A stretch of 63,437 nt of DNA, the filler included, from Circinaria calcarea (lineage: Eukaryota), in the NCBI GenBank assembly GCA_051942165.1. It is 30 parts of 30 records of this genome, joined end to end, with 100 filler letters (N's around TTAATTAATTAA, not from the genome) between each part and the next. Parts side by side here need not be neighbours in the genome. Positions count along the whole stretch, not along the records: positions 23,398 to 25,417 come from JAVECS010003964.1; positions 25,518 to 27,536 come from JAVECS010003965.1; positions 27,637 to 29,655 come from JAVECS010003966.1; positions 29,756 to 31,773 come from JAVECS010003967.1; positions 31,874 to 33,889 come from JAVECS010003968.1; positions 33,990 to 36,004 come from JAVECS010003969.1; 24 more parts are not named here. One strand, written 5' to 3'. Within the stretch, counting starts at the first letter, position 1, and every line of letters begins with the position of its first letter. Of this stretch, positions 23,399 to 35,600 are shown piece by piece. A program made the translations under genes and the position numbers. The notes beneath the pieces are model-generated. The model worked only from the letters and a program-made list of their open reading frames with translations, did not search any database and had not been told where the DNA came from.

Positions 23399-24553
23399 GA
23401 GGCCCTTGAGCCTGCTGCAACAGTCGGGAATCGAGGACTTAAACGGAAACGTAGCGGTAAAAATGGGGACCAAGGTAAACCTTCACCAGATCACCCCGAG
23501 CCGCAGCGTGATGGACAACCAGTAAGAAAAAAGAGATCCGTACTTGCGCCATCATCTTCACAAATCGAGGACGAGTCCGCAATTGAATCCGAGATATCGT
23601 CTGTGCTTGCAGATCCAGAATTACTCGCCAATGCTAATGCGGCGCATAATGCTTTTGACGCTGTAGACCCGAATTCTCCGCCTCCTACCCAGGGACAGGG
23701 AAACATGGTAACCCCTAGGGCAGCCGAAGCAAGGTCAGCCGCTGGCATGCCTCCTCTCAACCAAGACAATATACTCCCAGGAACACCTCCAGCTACCCTA
23801 GAAAATAACGCTACACTGAACATCTCCAATGATGACCTTCAGATTGTCGAGTCGACGGAGTCTTCTGTACGACACGAAACCCAGCAATCCGAGACGGAGA
23901 CTGCCAACTCAAGACTTTCCCGGATTCCAAGCACAGCTATCATTCCGGAAGATGAGTTTGCAGGCGACCAGGAAGTTGATGACTGTCTCCTCACACCCGA
24001 AGAGGTCGAAATCAAGGAGCGTATCTGGGTCCACGAAAACGCCGACTACCTTCGCGCCCAACAAGCTAAAATGATCAAGCAACAGCTCGCCCAGGAAATG
24101 GGCACAGCGCGGCCCATTGTCCATCGAAAACGAAGAAGAGGTCGAATGGGCGATATGAGCACTTATCAAAAGACGAACGAGGACGGCCAGTCCAGTGGGC
24201 CACAGACTCCGGCAGAAGCAACGGCTGCAATGCTGGCACATAGGGGATACAGCACGAAGATCAACTACGCGGCTGTGCACAACTTGTATAATTCAGGATC
24301 GAGTTCTCGAAGTGGGAGTGTTGCGCTGAGCGAGCTGGGAAGTAGAGCAACTACGCCAGCAGAGACGGCTACGTCACCAAAAGCCTTGCAGCCCCTTACA
24401 ACTGCTATTGTCGCCCCTACTCACACGGGGGACAACGCCGATACTGTTGACACCGAGGAGGCCAATGAACTCGAGGATTTGGCAGATGAGGCGATGGAGG
24501 ACGGGTACGATGACGACCTGTATCAAGACGAATATAATGGGGAAGATCTTTAG
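23399..24553 (+). CDS. BRF1: TFIIIB subunit Brf1 C-terminal half, 5' partial
   Basis: Homology block II (EVDDCLLTPEEVEIKERIWVHENADYL) and block III (TPAEATAAML...YSTKINY), followed by an acidic tail. Confidence 0.92.
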   Translation, partial: EALEPAATVGNRGLKRKRSGKNGDQGKPSPDHPEPQRDGQPVRKKRSVLAPSSSQIEDESAIESEISSVLADPELLANANAAHNAFDAVDPNSPPPTQGQGNMVTPRAAEARSAAGMPPLNQDNILPGTPPATLENNATLNISNDDLQIVESTESSVRHETQQSETETANSRLSRIPSTAIIPEDEFAGDQEVDDCLLTPEEVEIKERIWVHENADYLRAQQAKMIKQQLAQEMGTARPIVHRKRRRGRMGDMSTYQKTNEDGQSSGPQTPAEATAAMLAHRGYSTKINYAAVHNLYNSGSSSRSGSVALSELGSRATTPAETATSPKALQPLTTAIVAPTHTGDNADTVDTEEANELEDLADEAMEDGYDDDLYQDEYNGEDL

Positions 24554-24789
24554 ATTGCTGGGCTTTGGCAGAGCCGCTATTTTGGAGCCCAGTTTTTGGA
24601 GCAGTTTTTATATCCAGTAGGCTTATATTGAGCGGTATCTGTTCGAGAGATATCCAATATCTCACATAGTTTTAGTATTGCTGAGTCTGTAACGAACGCC
24701 TAATGCACAACTGTAAGCCTGTGCATATATCAATTAATAGAAGTTATGTTTGCCGTGGAGTGAGTTACTATAGTTTGGGTCATCCCATG

Positions 24790-25417
24790 TCACGCCTTCC
24801 CCATCCCTTTCAACTTCTCCTCCACTAGCCTTCCTACCATCGCCTCCAGTACTCCCATGTCCCCGTCCTTTCCATCTCCCTTCCCCTCAAAATACCCCCT
24901 CACGCTCTTCTCCACATACTTGCCCACCATATCCACCTCTACATTTACCACCTCTCCCACGCCCTTGCCCGCCATCACGACCCTCTCCTGCGTATACGCT
25001 ATCAGCATAACCTCCCACCACCCCTCCTTCCCATCTTGCACTTTGGTCACCGTCAAACTCGCCCCGTCGAGCGTCACATATCCCTTCTCAATCACATATC
25101 TCAACACCGACGGGTCCCTGGGCGAGAGGCGAAACACCAAGCTGTTTTCGTCGGGGGTAACGGAGAGAATCGTTGCAGTGGTGTCGACGTGGCCTTGCAC
25201 AAAATGTCCGCCCATCCGCGTCGAGGCCGACACCGCTCGTTCGAGATTCACCGGCGAGGAAGTCGTCAGGGTCGACAGCGAAGTCCGACGGAGGGTTTCG
25301 GGGGACAGGCCGACCTTAAACGATACGGGGGATGAGGGAGGATTCAGGGCCGTGATGGTCAGGCAGGTTCCATTGATGCTGATACTGTCGCCCAGGTGGG
25401 CGTCGGAGAGGATCTCG
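24790..25417 (-). CDS. RIB5: Riboflavin synthase, 5' partial
   Basis: GDSISINGTCLT, ETLRRT, NLERA, MGGHFVQGHVD, KGYVTLDGASLTV and VNVEVD motifs. Confidence 0.96.
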
Positions 25418-26099
25418 NNNNNNNNNNNNNNNNNNNNNNNNNNNNNNNNNNNNNNNNNNNNTTAATTAATTAANNNNNNNNNNNNNNNNNNNNNNNNNNN
25501 NNNNNNNNNNNNNNNNNCAAGTATGCACCTTCGTCAAAATCGAAAGGGCCTTGTTGAGAGTGCAAATGACACGGCAAGGAAGCAAGATATATGAAGCATG
25601 ACCGAGGGAAGAATTGGCAGGAGAAAGCCATGGTTTTCTGCATAGAGTACTATAGAAAATGGAACTACATAATGAAGCCTCCGATTGTATTATATTAACA
25701 TCTCAATTCCCTTATTGCACAGATCTCGCTACACCCACTTTAAGCACATCTAGTTGCCCGTCTCCAGACTGGTTAACCGGTAAGCTTGGCTCTTATTTTA
25801 TGCCATGAGTCACGTGATATAGTTGGTACTTGAAGGGTAGGCGCATTTTTCAAGTTTCTCATTTTTAGGGGGCCCATCTCCCCTAAGCGCTTTCCTTCCT
25901 CGCTAGTGGGGAAAGTGCGTTTGCTTACGTGTATTTTAAGAGTGGGTTTCCCCCAAGAAAATAAATTATTCCACTCCAAAAGTTCGGTGGAGACAGGAGT
26001 ATATAATCAGACCATACGTAGGCTGTTTTTTGCCAGTAACACACTACTCGTCATTCAATGGCTTATCATGCCCAACACGCAAAACACAACCCTCGCTGT

Positions 26100-27536
26100 T
26101 CACCGGAATACATCGTCCTGAGAATTTGCTCTCGCCCCATCATCATTCTCCACATTTGTATTCCTCCTCGGTCCAAGCGATTCAAGGTCCACTGGCGCCG
26201 CCGAGATCAGGGTATCTTCGACGTGATAAGGATCTCCCAACCAGGCGAGGAAGTCTCTCCATTCGTCAGTCAAGCACCTCTTAATGCTAAATAGAGGTGA
26301 GAGCAGGTGGTGTTGAAGCTCTTTTGATTTAGCCCTAAGATAGTAAGGTGTTTGGAGTAGGGGTGACAGGAGATATGACCAGGCGTATAAGAGGGCTTCA
26401 GGAGCCATCACCAAAAGTCTCACGTGCAAGACCGAAGTAGATACTGACAAGGCGAACGTACGTCGAAGGGTACTGATGCTCAGTCTCAAGTATCGCAGAA
26501 ATTGATGGGTGTTGGGCACGTTGAGTGAGTGCCTTGGAGCATATTTCGCTATCCATCCTAAGAGACGAAGTGAAAAAGCGTTGGACGAAATTTGTAAGAA
26601 TTCCATCCAAGTGTCATGGTACCGCGCAATCACCGCTCCTAACAGTACCAAACCTGCAGTAACCCAAGGGGACCATTGGCTAACCATTGTCGGCAATTCG
26701 GACTCTAGCATCCACGGAGCTTGCAAAGAATAGAGCTCCCGCAGCACAAGATTAACAATACATACAGCTGGAGATATCACCAACATAGCCATAGATATGA
26801 TGTATACCATTATAGCGAGGTGCTTTGCGGTAAAGTTTTGTATAGTGTTAAGCCAGGTTTCACCCCGACCTCGGCAGCAGACAGTAAGGAAGAGCTGGTT
26901 TCTGAGTTGAGCCGGTGACGAGCGGCCTACCAGGCACGTATAATAGCCCTGAAGAACCAGTATAGGGAGAATCCACAAGTCAAGGAGACGCTCGAGTTGG
27001 GGTGCTAGAGCAAACCAAGCTGGGATGTTTCCTAGGTAGGTATGTGCGAAGGCGCTATCGCCTGAGCGGAATGGTACGATGTGTGCTACGGAATCGCACG
27101 AATTGTTGCAACGATGTGCAGCGAGCCATTGGGGATATAAAAATGGCGGCAGGGAAGCTGGTGGACCTGGATCAAGTTCACAGAGGATGTCTCTGAACTG
27201 CGGGCGTATATATGCTGACCGTTCAGGCACATAGTAACCAATACATGAGTTGAGATATGCCGTGACGATGAGAACGTCCCAGTAAATGATAAGGGGCCTA
27301 GCCCGGAGCCGTCGTAGAGTTGTTGACCAATTGAAGAGCGGTACAGCCATGATACAGGCCGTCGAGAGAATTGCTCTGATCGGAGGCAAATCATGGGCAG
27401 CGCTGGTCCGAGACAGGAAAGAGGCAAGGATGACATGAACGGCAGCGGTACCGCTGTAGGTCATTGTTGCTGCCAAGGCTCCTACTGCCAACCACTCATG
27501 TGATCTGACCATAAGACTGAAGCAAAGAAGCGAATA
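26100..27536 (-). CDS. Multi-pass membrane protein of unknown function, 5' partial
   Basis: Uninterrupted frame of more than 470 aa with several hydrophobic helices (EWLAVGALAATMTYSGTAAVH; ESE...VSQWSPWV). Confidence 0.75.
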   Translation of the reverse strand, partial: YSLLCFSLMVRSHEWLAVGALAATMTYSGTAAVHVILASFLSRTSAAHDLPPIRAILSTACIMAVPLFNWSTTLRRLRARPLIIYWDVLIVTAYLNSCIGYYVPERSAYIRPQFRDILCELDPGPPASLPPFLYPQWLAAHRCNNSCDSVAHIVPFRSGDSAFAHTYLGNIPAWFALAPQLERLLDLWILPILVLQGYYTCLVGRSSPAQLRNQLFLTVCCRGRGETWLNTIQNFTAKHLAIMVYIISMAMLVISPAVCIVNLVLRELYSLQAPWMLESELPTMVSQWSPWVTAGLVLLGAVIARYHDTWMEFLQISSNAFSLRLLGWIAKYAPRHSLNVPNTHQFLRYLRLSISTLRRTFALSVSTSVLHVRLLVMAPEALLYAWSYLLSPLLQTPYYLRAKSKELQHHLLSPLFSIKRCLTDEWRDFLAWLGDPYHVEDTLISAAPVDLESLGPRRNTNVENDDGARANSQDDVFR

Positions 27537-28099
27537 NNNNNNNNNNNNNNNNNNNNNNNNNNNNNNNNNNNNNNNNNNNNTTAATTAATTAANNNNNNNN
27601 NNNNNNNNNNNNNNNNNNNNNNNNNNNNNNNNNNNNCCCAACCCACAATTTTTTCCTCCTTTTCTTGAATTAAAAACCCTCCCCCCGGGGTTTTTTTTCT
27701 TTATTTAAAGCCAGGGTACCGTAAGGCGCGAGCGCGGTTCTACGCTTTTTTCAGCATATGGAACATGCAGCATGGCACAGAGTTTGCTCGTGCGGGATCG
27801 AAGGAGGAGAAGGAGGTAAGGTGGTGGGAAGGAGAAGGAGCGAAAAAGAGAAGAGAAAGGCCTTTTTACACATTCACATTCATTCAATCGGAGTCCGGGG
27901 GATATTTTGGCCTATTGGAATTAACGATACACTCTCATCTCACACTATACTATACTATCTATCCATCCCCTATAACTAAGGATTTTTTTTTGGTGAAATA
28001 TTTAGACGGAAGACTCAGCTTCCCCGCCGAGAGGGGGGATACCACCCAAAAAGAAATATATATATATATTATATACACCCCGAACTTAGGATTGGGAAT

Positions 28100-29655
28100 T
28101 GCCGCCCCGGGTCGGAAAAGGGAGCAGGGCCGCTTGAGAGGGAGCAGCGAGGGAGCAAGAGGGGAGCACCGGGGAAGCAGAGGGAGCACTATAGGGCAGT
28201 ATAGGGGCGCAGTGAGTAGGAGCCTGGAACGGGCCCCCCGGCCTTCAGCTTGAGATGTCCTTATTACTTTTAATATTTTAAGCCGCGTCTGCTGCCTAGA
28301 CTTCGACACTCCTATAGGATCTTTTGACAATTAAAGCGATCGGGGGATTTTCATTTACTTGATATTTCAAGCCAATTGAAATCTATCTCGGCTCGCTTAG
28401 AAATTACGCCGGCGTGAGCGAGTAGGATAAGGGTTATTGAGGCTTTCGCCTTACTTGAACGAAGTTTAGCAACGACAACCAGAAAATAAAGAGCCGAAGA
28501 TATTTATATAAGGCTTGAATTTACGCTTTTTTATCTAAAATGCGACGGGGTAGCTAATGCCAGCAGCAATAACGTAATTGGTAGGATTTTAAATTATGCT
28601 CCAAGTGGCCTAATACCCCACGGAAAGAATATATGATTATTGCAAGGCCAAAGCCTATGGTCGCTGTTCTAAGGTCACCGTTAGAAATTTATTTTTCTCA
28701 TTATCGCAAAGGCATTACCTATCACCAAAGTCGCCACCATTGAGGCTCGCTACTATTCAGGGTCGCTACCATTGAGGGCTCGCTACCATAAGAGATCGCC
28801 ATAGTAAAAAGATCGCTGTGGCAGAAGGTTACTATCGCAAGCTCACTGTTCCGTAGTTTTACGCCAGTGACCTTATGCGACACTACCCTCTCCGACATTA
28901 ACGCTTTGCGATCAACGCTGGCAGTAGTGTAAACAGTGCAGTGTACACTGCCAAGACTTCCATAGATATAGCGTAGTGGGCTCAAAATGCACAGATATAC
29001 TGTGTAAATAGTGCCCCCTCTTGTTCTGCAATGCTCCTGTGCCCGTATTACCCCCCTCCCCCTCCCTGTACCTTTGTAGTTGTAGATTCCACCTTCTTTG
29101 TAGTCTAATCGACTTCGTCCAAAGTCCCTTCGTCGATCGAGTCGGTATTGCGGAGGGAGGAGATCATGTAGTTGAAATTATAGAGCCATTAGGGTCTGTA
29201 ATTAACTCGGTGAGATCAGTTATACTACTGATTGAAGACGTAACTATTATGATATCGAATGGTAGTGTTATGGCGCGACGCCATACCCTGGCAGGCCGAG
29301 TGCCGGAACGGAGGAACCAGGAGCCGGGAGCTCCTAGGTGCTCCTAGGACTTAGCAGGGAGCAGTGGGAGCACGTCACGTATTATGCTCCCGGTGGCTCC
29401 CAGGGATCCCAGGGAGCAACGGGATCACTGGGGAATACTAATAATATATAAATAAATTATTCGGCGCTCTTTAGAATAACATGTTTATAGACCGTGTTTA
29501 ATATTACTCTTTAATATTGAGCCTAGGGCAACAGTTTAATTATATTTTATATAATCGTGTGTTATGGCGCCAGCACCATAGCATGCACTAGGGACAAAAG
29601 GAGTTAGGTACCGGGGGTACTAGGGACCGAACTCCGGGTTGCTTACGATGCCGCT
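28100..29655. mobile_element. Decayed transposon-like repeat
   Basis: Two clusters of GGGAGCA/TGCTCCC motifs (about 28120-28225 and 29315-29440) flank stop-riddled TpA-rich DNA; an internal 16-17 nt tandem repeat at 28731-28830; no intact gene on the contig. Confidence 0.5.
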
Positions 29656-29755
29656 NNNNNNNNNNNNNNNNNNNNNNNNNNNNNNNNNNNNNNNNNNNNT
29701 TAATTAATTAANNNNNNNNNNNNNNNNNNNNNNNNNNNNNNNNNNNNNNNNNNNN

Positions 29756-30082
29756 CGAAACGACATAAGCCGCCGTGTCCTGGAACTTGGTCATATCCAC
29801 GTCGAAATGGCCTAGTCGGTTCCTTTTTGCCTTTTCAAACACTATCTTTGACCTTTCTCTTACCGAATATATGCTCCGCAGATACGCCGCCGGGTCCAAT
29901 TTCGGGTCTGGCGGTTCGGGTAAAGTGACGTCTGGCATCGAGGGAGAGTTGAAGTGCAGACCGTTGGTTGTCTGGGTTGGGGGAGGCGAGCGTAAGGTGG
30001 CGGAAGAGTTGCGATTGCTATCGCTTATCACCGAGTCGCTATCCGCCGTTGGCTTGGAGCCCTTGCGACTGAAGAGACCCAT
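29756..30082 (-). CDS. DUF1688 (Urc4/Urg3-like) protein N-terminus, 3' partial
   Basis: PPDPKLDPAAYLRSIYSVRERS...LGHFDVDMTKF matches the DUF1688 start. Confidence 0.82.
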
Positions 30083-31627
30083 TTCTTATGTAGTAGTGCA
30101 AACGTCGTAAGGAATCTTGTGTATTATCCTCCGGCTAGCTGATAGTTATATCTAGAGGGCAAAGGAAGCTCACAGAAGATGGTCGAGCATATGGCAGAGA
30201 CGGATGGTCGTGGACGAAGCAGCAGTGATAGATGAGCCAGATTTGAGAAGAAGAAGACCGGGAGCAACGAGGTAACGGCGGACTGATGGAGGATGGCGAT
30301 AAGGGCTAGAAGCCGACCCCTAGGTCTAGCAGCGACAGTTGAATCGGCTGGGGGTCGGGGTTGGGCACGGGCAGTTGGACGAGGAGGCGAAGCTCCCTGG
30401 ACGCCTGATGTAAGGTACCAGAAAGTCATTTAGGGTTGGTCGAATCAGGTGCCATGGAACGTCCAACCGCTGTTCCGGAAGCAATTACCTTTCTCTTGGG
30501 ACGGGAGATCTACGACGGTACGGATCGAATTCCTCTCGGGGCTTTTCTTCTTGGGGCTGGGAAACATCAAATGCGGCACATTGGGGGCGGTGGCGGGGAG
30601 CCGAAGGGACAGCGGCGGTGGGACTAAGGGAGATGGTGGAAGAGCTTAATTCCTGTCGGGTCCGTAATCTGAAATCGAGGCGTTTTCCTCCTCCTCCTGG
30701 ACGGATTGCGATGGAAGGACGAGGAATCGTCGTTGTCGGCGCAGTTGGCGAGAACTTGTGAACGGACGGGGTTCGCAGGCGCTGAAGCTGGACCCTGAAG
30801 CCTCTTTCCTCCCGTTTCCTGAACCGGCCAGTCATCGACTACTTCGGTCTAGAACACCGAGTCAATGCGAAGAGAGCATCTAGACGGGCCTTTGAATGTC
30901 AAATTCCACAATGGCCCAAACCCCTCGGGCCTTGGCCACGTTGACTATCCCACATTGCGTGCAAGTGCTTTTCCATCGACCTGGTACCCGTCACGTCCTT
31001 CAAGGCCCGACACATCTATGCCAAGAGCCCTCACTAGCCGGCTGTCTACATCGGTCGTATAAAGAACAAACTAATTGGGAACGCTCACGGCCGGATTCTG
31101 ATCCTCAAGGCTTTCGGGAGAAGCATTACTCATTACTAGTCGCCAGTCCGGCAGTCAGAACCTCGCTACTCTAGAAATCCCTTAACCATGCTACCACTAC
31201 GCCTCCGAGGAGTCATCAGAAACCAAGTGCTAACTCCGGCATCAAAAACTCACGGCGACAGAGTAAGAGGGCTTGTTGGCTCTCCCGCGCAATCATCCAT
31301 GGCCACTGACCTTACACTGAACAAATATCACTCCTGGAACGTCCCAGGTATGTAACAAACATCCACACTACAGGATTCATCACCTACCGTCTTTAAAGCA
31401 ACGCCAAACGGCGCTGCATCGGACATTGCTATTATAATCCTGATATCGCAAACCCAATCCTTGGCCGTCTCCGTCAAAAAACCCTCTTCCGCCATAAAGG
31501 GGGCATCCGTCTTGTTTTGTTGGACACACGGATCAGCAACGAAACAGCAACGAAACATTGCACAGGTTATGATAGCCGTAACTTCTCATCCCAGACTTCG
31601 ATTCAAACACCTTATCAAACTTCCAAA

Positions 31628-31773
31628 TCACCATGGATTTCCAGAAAACGACGAGAAATCCGAAAAAGGTGGCTCGGACGGCGGCGGCGGGGACTCTTCC
31701 CGGCCTTTGCCTCTGCCTCTGCCTCCTCTCGGTCCTCTGCTACCTCGCCCTCCTCGCCCTCTGCCTCCTGTCT
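31628..31773 (-). CDS. RGG-rich C-terminal tail of an unknown protein (not in ORF track), 5' partial
   Basis: Frame reads TGGRGRGGRGSRGPRGGRGRGKGREESPPPPSEPPFSDFSSFSGNPW*. Confidence 0.5.
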
Positions 31774-31874
31774 NNNNNNNNNNNNNNNNNNNNNNNNNNN
31801 NNNNNNNNNNNNNNNNNTTAATTAATTAANNNNNNNNNNNNNNNNNNNNNNNNNNNNNNNNNNNNNNNNNNNNT

Positions 31875-32699
31875 CTCCGATTCAAAATCGAACATGCACA
31901 CGCCTTGGACATGAGCGCGGTATTTGAGATGATGGAAGATGAGCTAGACGAGGCAGAATGTGAGTTGCGATTCCTTGTCCCCCAAGACATATATCGACGC
32001 TACCTGGAATTGGGAAGCGTTGATTTCAGGGCAGAGGTCGAGCAACGGGACGCTGATAGAATTGCGGCGGCACAGGCTGAAGAGGAACGGCGTATAGAAG
32101 TCCTTTCGACCGCTGTAGAAGTCGGCATAGATCTCGCGGGGGCTGGCTTCCCTCGATCACAAATGGTCCATGTTGACAGCACGCCCGGGCCCACTTTCGC
32201 GGAGCAATCGGAACTCATCAGGGCATACCTGTCAGAAAGGATCCTCGAGATCCAAGGGGACGAACGTTTCTCAGATCTGATCAGGGGGTTCGTGCTCACC
32301 ACTTGCCCGGTTTTGCTCATGGATTTGGAACAACTCACCCAGGTCGGCACCGCGCTGCAGACCTTGGCCGACGAAATAGCTGCTTCCTCCGACAACGAGC
32401 AAATCCGCCAGGAAGAACTCGAAGCCGCCCTCCCCGGCTCCCCGACACCGTCTCATGCTAATTCTCCTCCGCAGCGAGAAGGAGGATCCTGGGACAGCGC
32501 AGAAGTCGAGGCGTCTCGACAGAGGGCCATCAGGGTTATCGAGCTTGTGATGACAGCCCAGAACGAGGTTCGTCGGTGGGTGGTTGCCACGGAGACATGG
32601 CTGGGCAGGCCATTGAGGGAGATGTCGGCGGAGGAGGTGCAGGAGTTGCAAGTTGATTTGCTGGCGTATGTTCTTCGGGATGATCGTATCGTGTCGTGA
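31875..32699 (+). CDS. Hypothetical acidic, helical protein, 5' partial
   Basis: Frame open from contig start for 274 codons with coding-like composition, followed by an AT-richer 3' region. Confidence 0.7.
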   Translation, partial: LRFKIEHAHALDMSAVFEMMEDELDEAECELRFLVPQDIYRRYLELGSVDFRAEVEQRDADRIAAAQAEEERRIEVLSTAVEVGIDLAGAGFPRSQMVHVDSTPGPTFAEQSELIRAYLSERILEIQGDERFSDLIRGFVLTTCPVLLMDLEQLTQVGTALQTLADEIAASSDNEQIRQEELEAALPGSPTPSHANSPPQREGGSWDSAEVEASRQRAIRVIELVMTAQNEVRRWVVATETWLGRPLREMSAEEVQELQVDLLAYVLRDDRIVS

Positions 32700-35600
32700 A
32701 GTCTGCAGGGGCACCCCAGGTGGGAAAACGGGGAGATTTGCTTTTGTATATATGGGGGATATTTCCACTAAGACTTTGGTTACTGATGAATGCGTGAAGA
32801 AGCATTGTCCAGAATGCATTCGTGCCCCATTTCTATTAATAAATCCGTGCTCCTCCCTATTAATCAACTATTTCATCTGTACTCTGCACAATTTCGTAAA
32901 TAAGTCACCGCCAATCAATCTGACTACTCATCTCTCCCCTCCACCCCCTAAAACAACTTTCACATCCATTACCCATTTCCCCCCCTTCCGTTCGGGATGG
33001 GAAACTCAATAACCAAACGTCCCTCAAAATCCGCCTCAACCTCCTTAACCATCGAAAATCTGCAATTTCTTTCATCCCCCTATATATAGGCTTGAAATAG
33101 GCAATTTCATACCCCACCCCCAAAATTTTTTAGTGACTGACCTTTCTGTTAGTGGAAAGGTGGCTATTGCTAAGGTCGCGGCACGACGGAAGGTCGCTCG
33201 CTGTCATTGCGGCAGAGACCCAACTGTCGCAGAGGTTATTGTCGCAAATGGTCACTGCCGCCAGTGGTATTGCGATACAATAGCATTGCAATACAAGGGG
33301 TTTTGAAGAGGAAAGAGCAAGAGGGGCTTGGGTGGGAGTGGAGATCAGCTGGGACTGCTCTTGCGACAAGGGGAGGTTTAACTGATAATAGGGAAGTGGG
33401 CGAACAGGCAAAAGGGGAAACCGTCGCTCAGCAAGAGAATGATCCATTTGCCTGCGAGTACTTTGGGTCGCAAGTTCGAAATCCGGATAACTCACACTCC
33501 CAGTTTATCGGCCTACGTAGACTACCCCTTTTTCCCGGCTTTGGTTCCAACCTTAGACGCATCACCACATTGATACTCCATCACCGCACCCCAAGACTTC
33601 TGTAGCTTCCACAGAACCTATCGTGAAGGGCTTTTCGCTTGCACCGTATCGGGGTAAACCGCAACTTTGCTCGAGGCCGATTCAAGTATATTGCTGTAAA
33701 ATAGAAGACACTAATGCGACTTCTAGGTATGGTCGCGATGCGGGAAAACATGGTCAAAGAGAAATCAAGTTTGCAGGACGAATGGAAGAAGGGATTGGCG
33801 ATAACTTAGTCGGGTTTGCGACCAGATGCGGAGGATGAAGAAAGAAATCCTTGAAGTTGGGGGTTGGAGGTTTGTTGGGGGGGGAAGGGNNNNNNNNNNN
33901 NNNNNNNNNNNNNNNNNNNNNNNNNNNNNNNNNTTAATTAATTAANNNNNNNNNNNNNNNNNNNNNNNNNNNNNNNNNNNNNNNNNNNNTCGGAAGGAAT
34001 GCTGAATGCAAAAAGGCAGTTTTCATAACTAGCTTCTGAAGCGTCCCCGGCCCCTGTTTTTCTCCTCCCTGGATGGGACACTTCCAACAAGCTTATATAC
34101 TTGCAAATCTCTACAAGATAAATGCCCTCTTTAAAATTTTACTTTACATACCCTAATTTCCCTCAATCCTCTCAAATTCTCTTAAACCCGGAATTCAAAC
34201 CCCCCCAAACAAAAGACCTTCCTGAAGACTCACGTGGCTTTCCTTGCTCCATCTTTTACGATCGGATCTGGTCTCAATCGTGATTGTAGTCGTACTCTTG
34301 AATCTCCATGGTAAATTTGGGATGGGAGATTCGGGGAACTAGGTGATTAAGGAACTGGCAATGTGTGAGGATGGGGGTGAATTTGAAACATTTGAGGGAA
34401 AGTGAGGATAGAAGTGGGGAAAGAGTGGAAGGAAGTGGGAAGAGGACGAAAAATGGGGGAAACCTGAGGACCTTTCGTTTAGGGTTGGCGGGCTTCGAGG
34501 AACAAGGGAAATGAGGAATTGAGGGGAGGATGGGGTTCGAGGGGACGGGTGGAAACTAAGGGGGAACGGGGGTGACAGTGAACATGAGCACACCAGTGAC
34601 GCGAGGAAACAATAAGAAGCGTTAGGAAAGGAAAAGAGGTGTCGAGCAAGAAGCACAGGGGTTAGAGGAAGATAAAGCAGCTAAAATGAAATGAGGAATG
34701 ACGCGGAGTATCTCCCCCCCAGAAGCCGAAAGCCAAAAAGAAGGGATGAGAAAAAGGGGGGGATCCAAGGACAAAAGGACTGCCTCCAAAAGGGGAGAGG
34801 AAAGAGGAAATGTGGAGGGGGTCCCGGGGAAGGAACCTCTTGAGAGTACCTATGCTGTAGCATGGTGAAGTTGCACGAAAGGTGCCCCCCCCCCTTTTCC
34901 CCAAAGAGAATTCATTTCCGTCCGGATAAAAGAGAAGGAAATAAAATTCTTAGGGATGGAATCCTTTTTTGGGGGGGGGGGGTCTCGGTTAAAAGGAAGG
35001 TTTCCCTAAACTTCCACCAGCAGGAATCGGGAGGAATCGGGAAGAATTGAGGGAGGGGGGAAAGAAAGTTCGAAGGTTGAATAAAAGGTTGGGAGAATTG
35101 CGAAGGAGGGGGGGCAAAGGGGAGAAGGTAGATGTAGGTTGAGATGGTTTAACATGGAGTATGGCTGGATGTCATAGAAAAGGAGAAAGGAGCAGGTGGG
35201 GGCCTGCGGGCCATAAAGCTTTCGAGTAGGCAGTAAAATAGAATTATCAAGTTCTATTTCCACCACCGGCATGCTTTTACCACGCCAGTGACAGTGGGTG
35301 CAAAGGGGGAGATAATATAACCAAACGTGAGATATAGGAGGGGAATATTAGCATTGAGAGGTATAAGCCCCCCAGTGGGGCCCCTCGGGGGAGGGAGAAG
35401 GGGATTACAGGCTCAGTTGTCTCTCTTGCCCCTCATCAACCCACGCCTTTTATTTTTATTTCTCTTCCTCTTCTCACGTTCCTCCGGTCCTACACCCCTT
35501 CGCCCTTCCCCTCCCCTCCATTCCCCCCTAACGGAAAAGATCCTCTAAATCCAGCTTAATCTTCTCCCCTCCATAACCTTTTATCTACCTAGTACCTACC

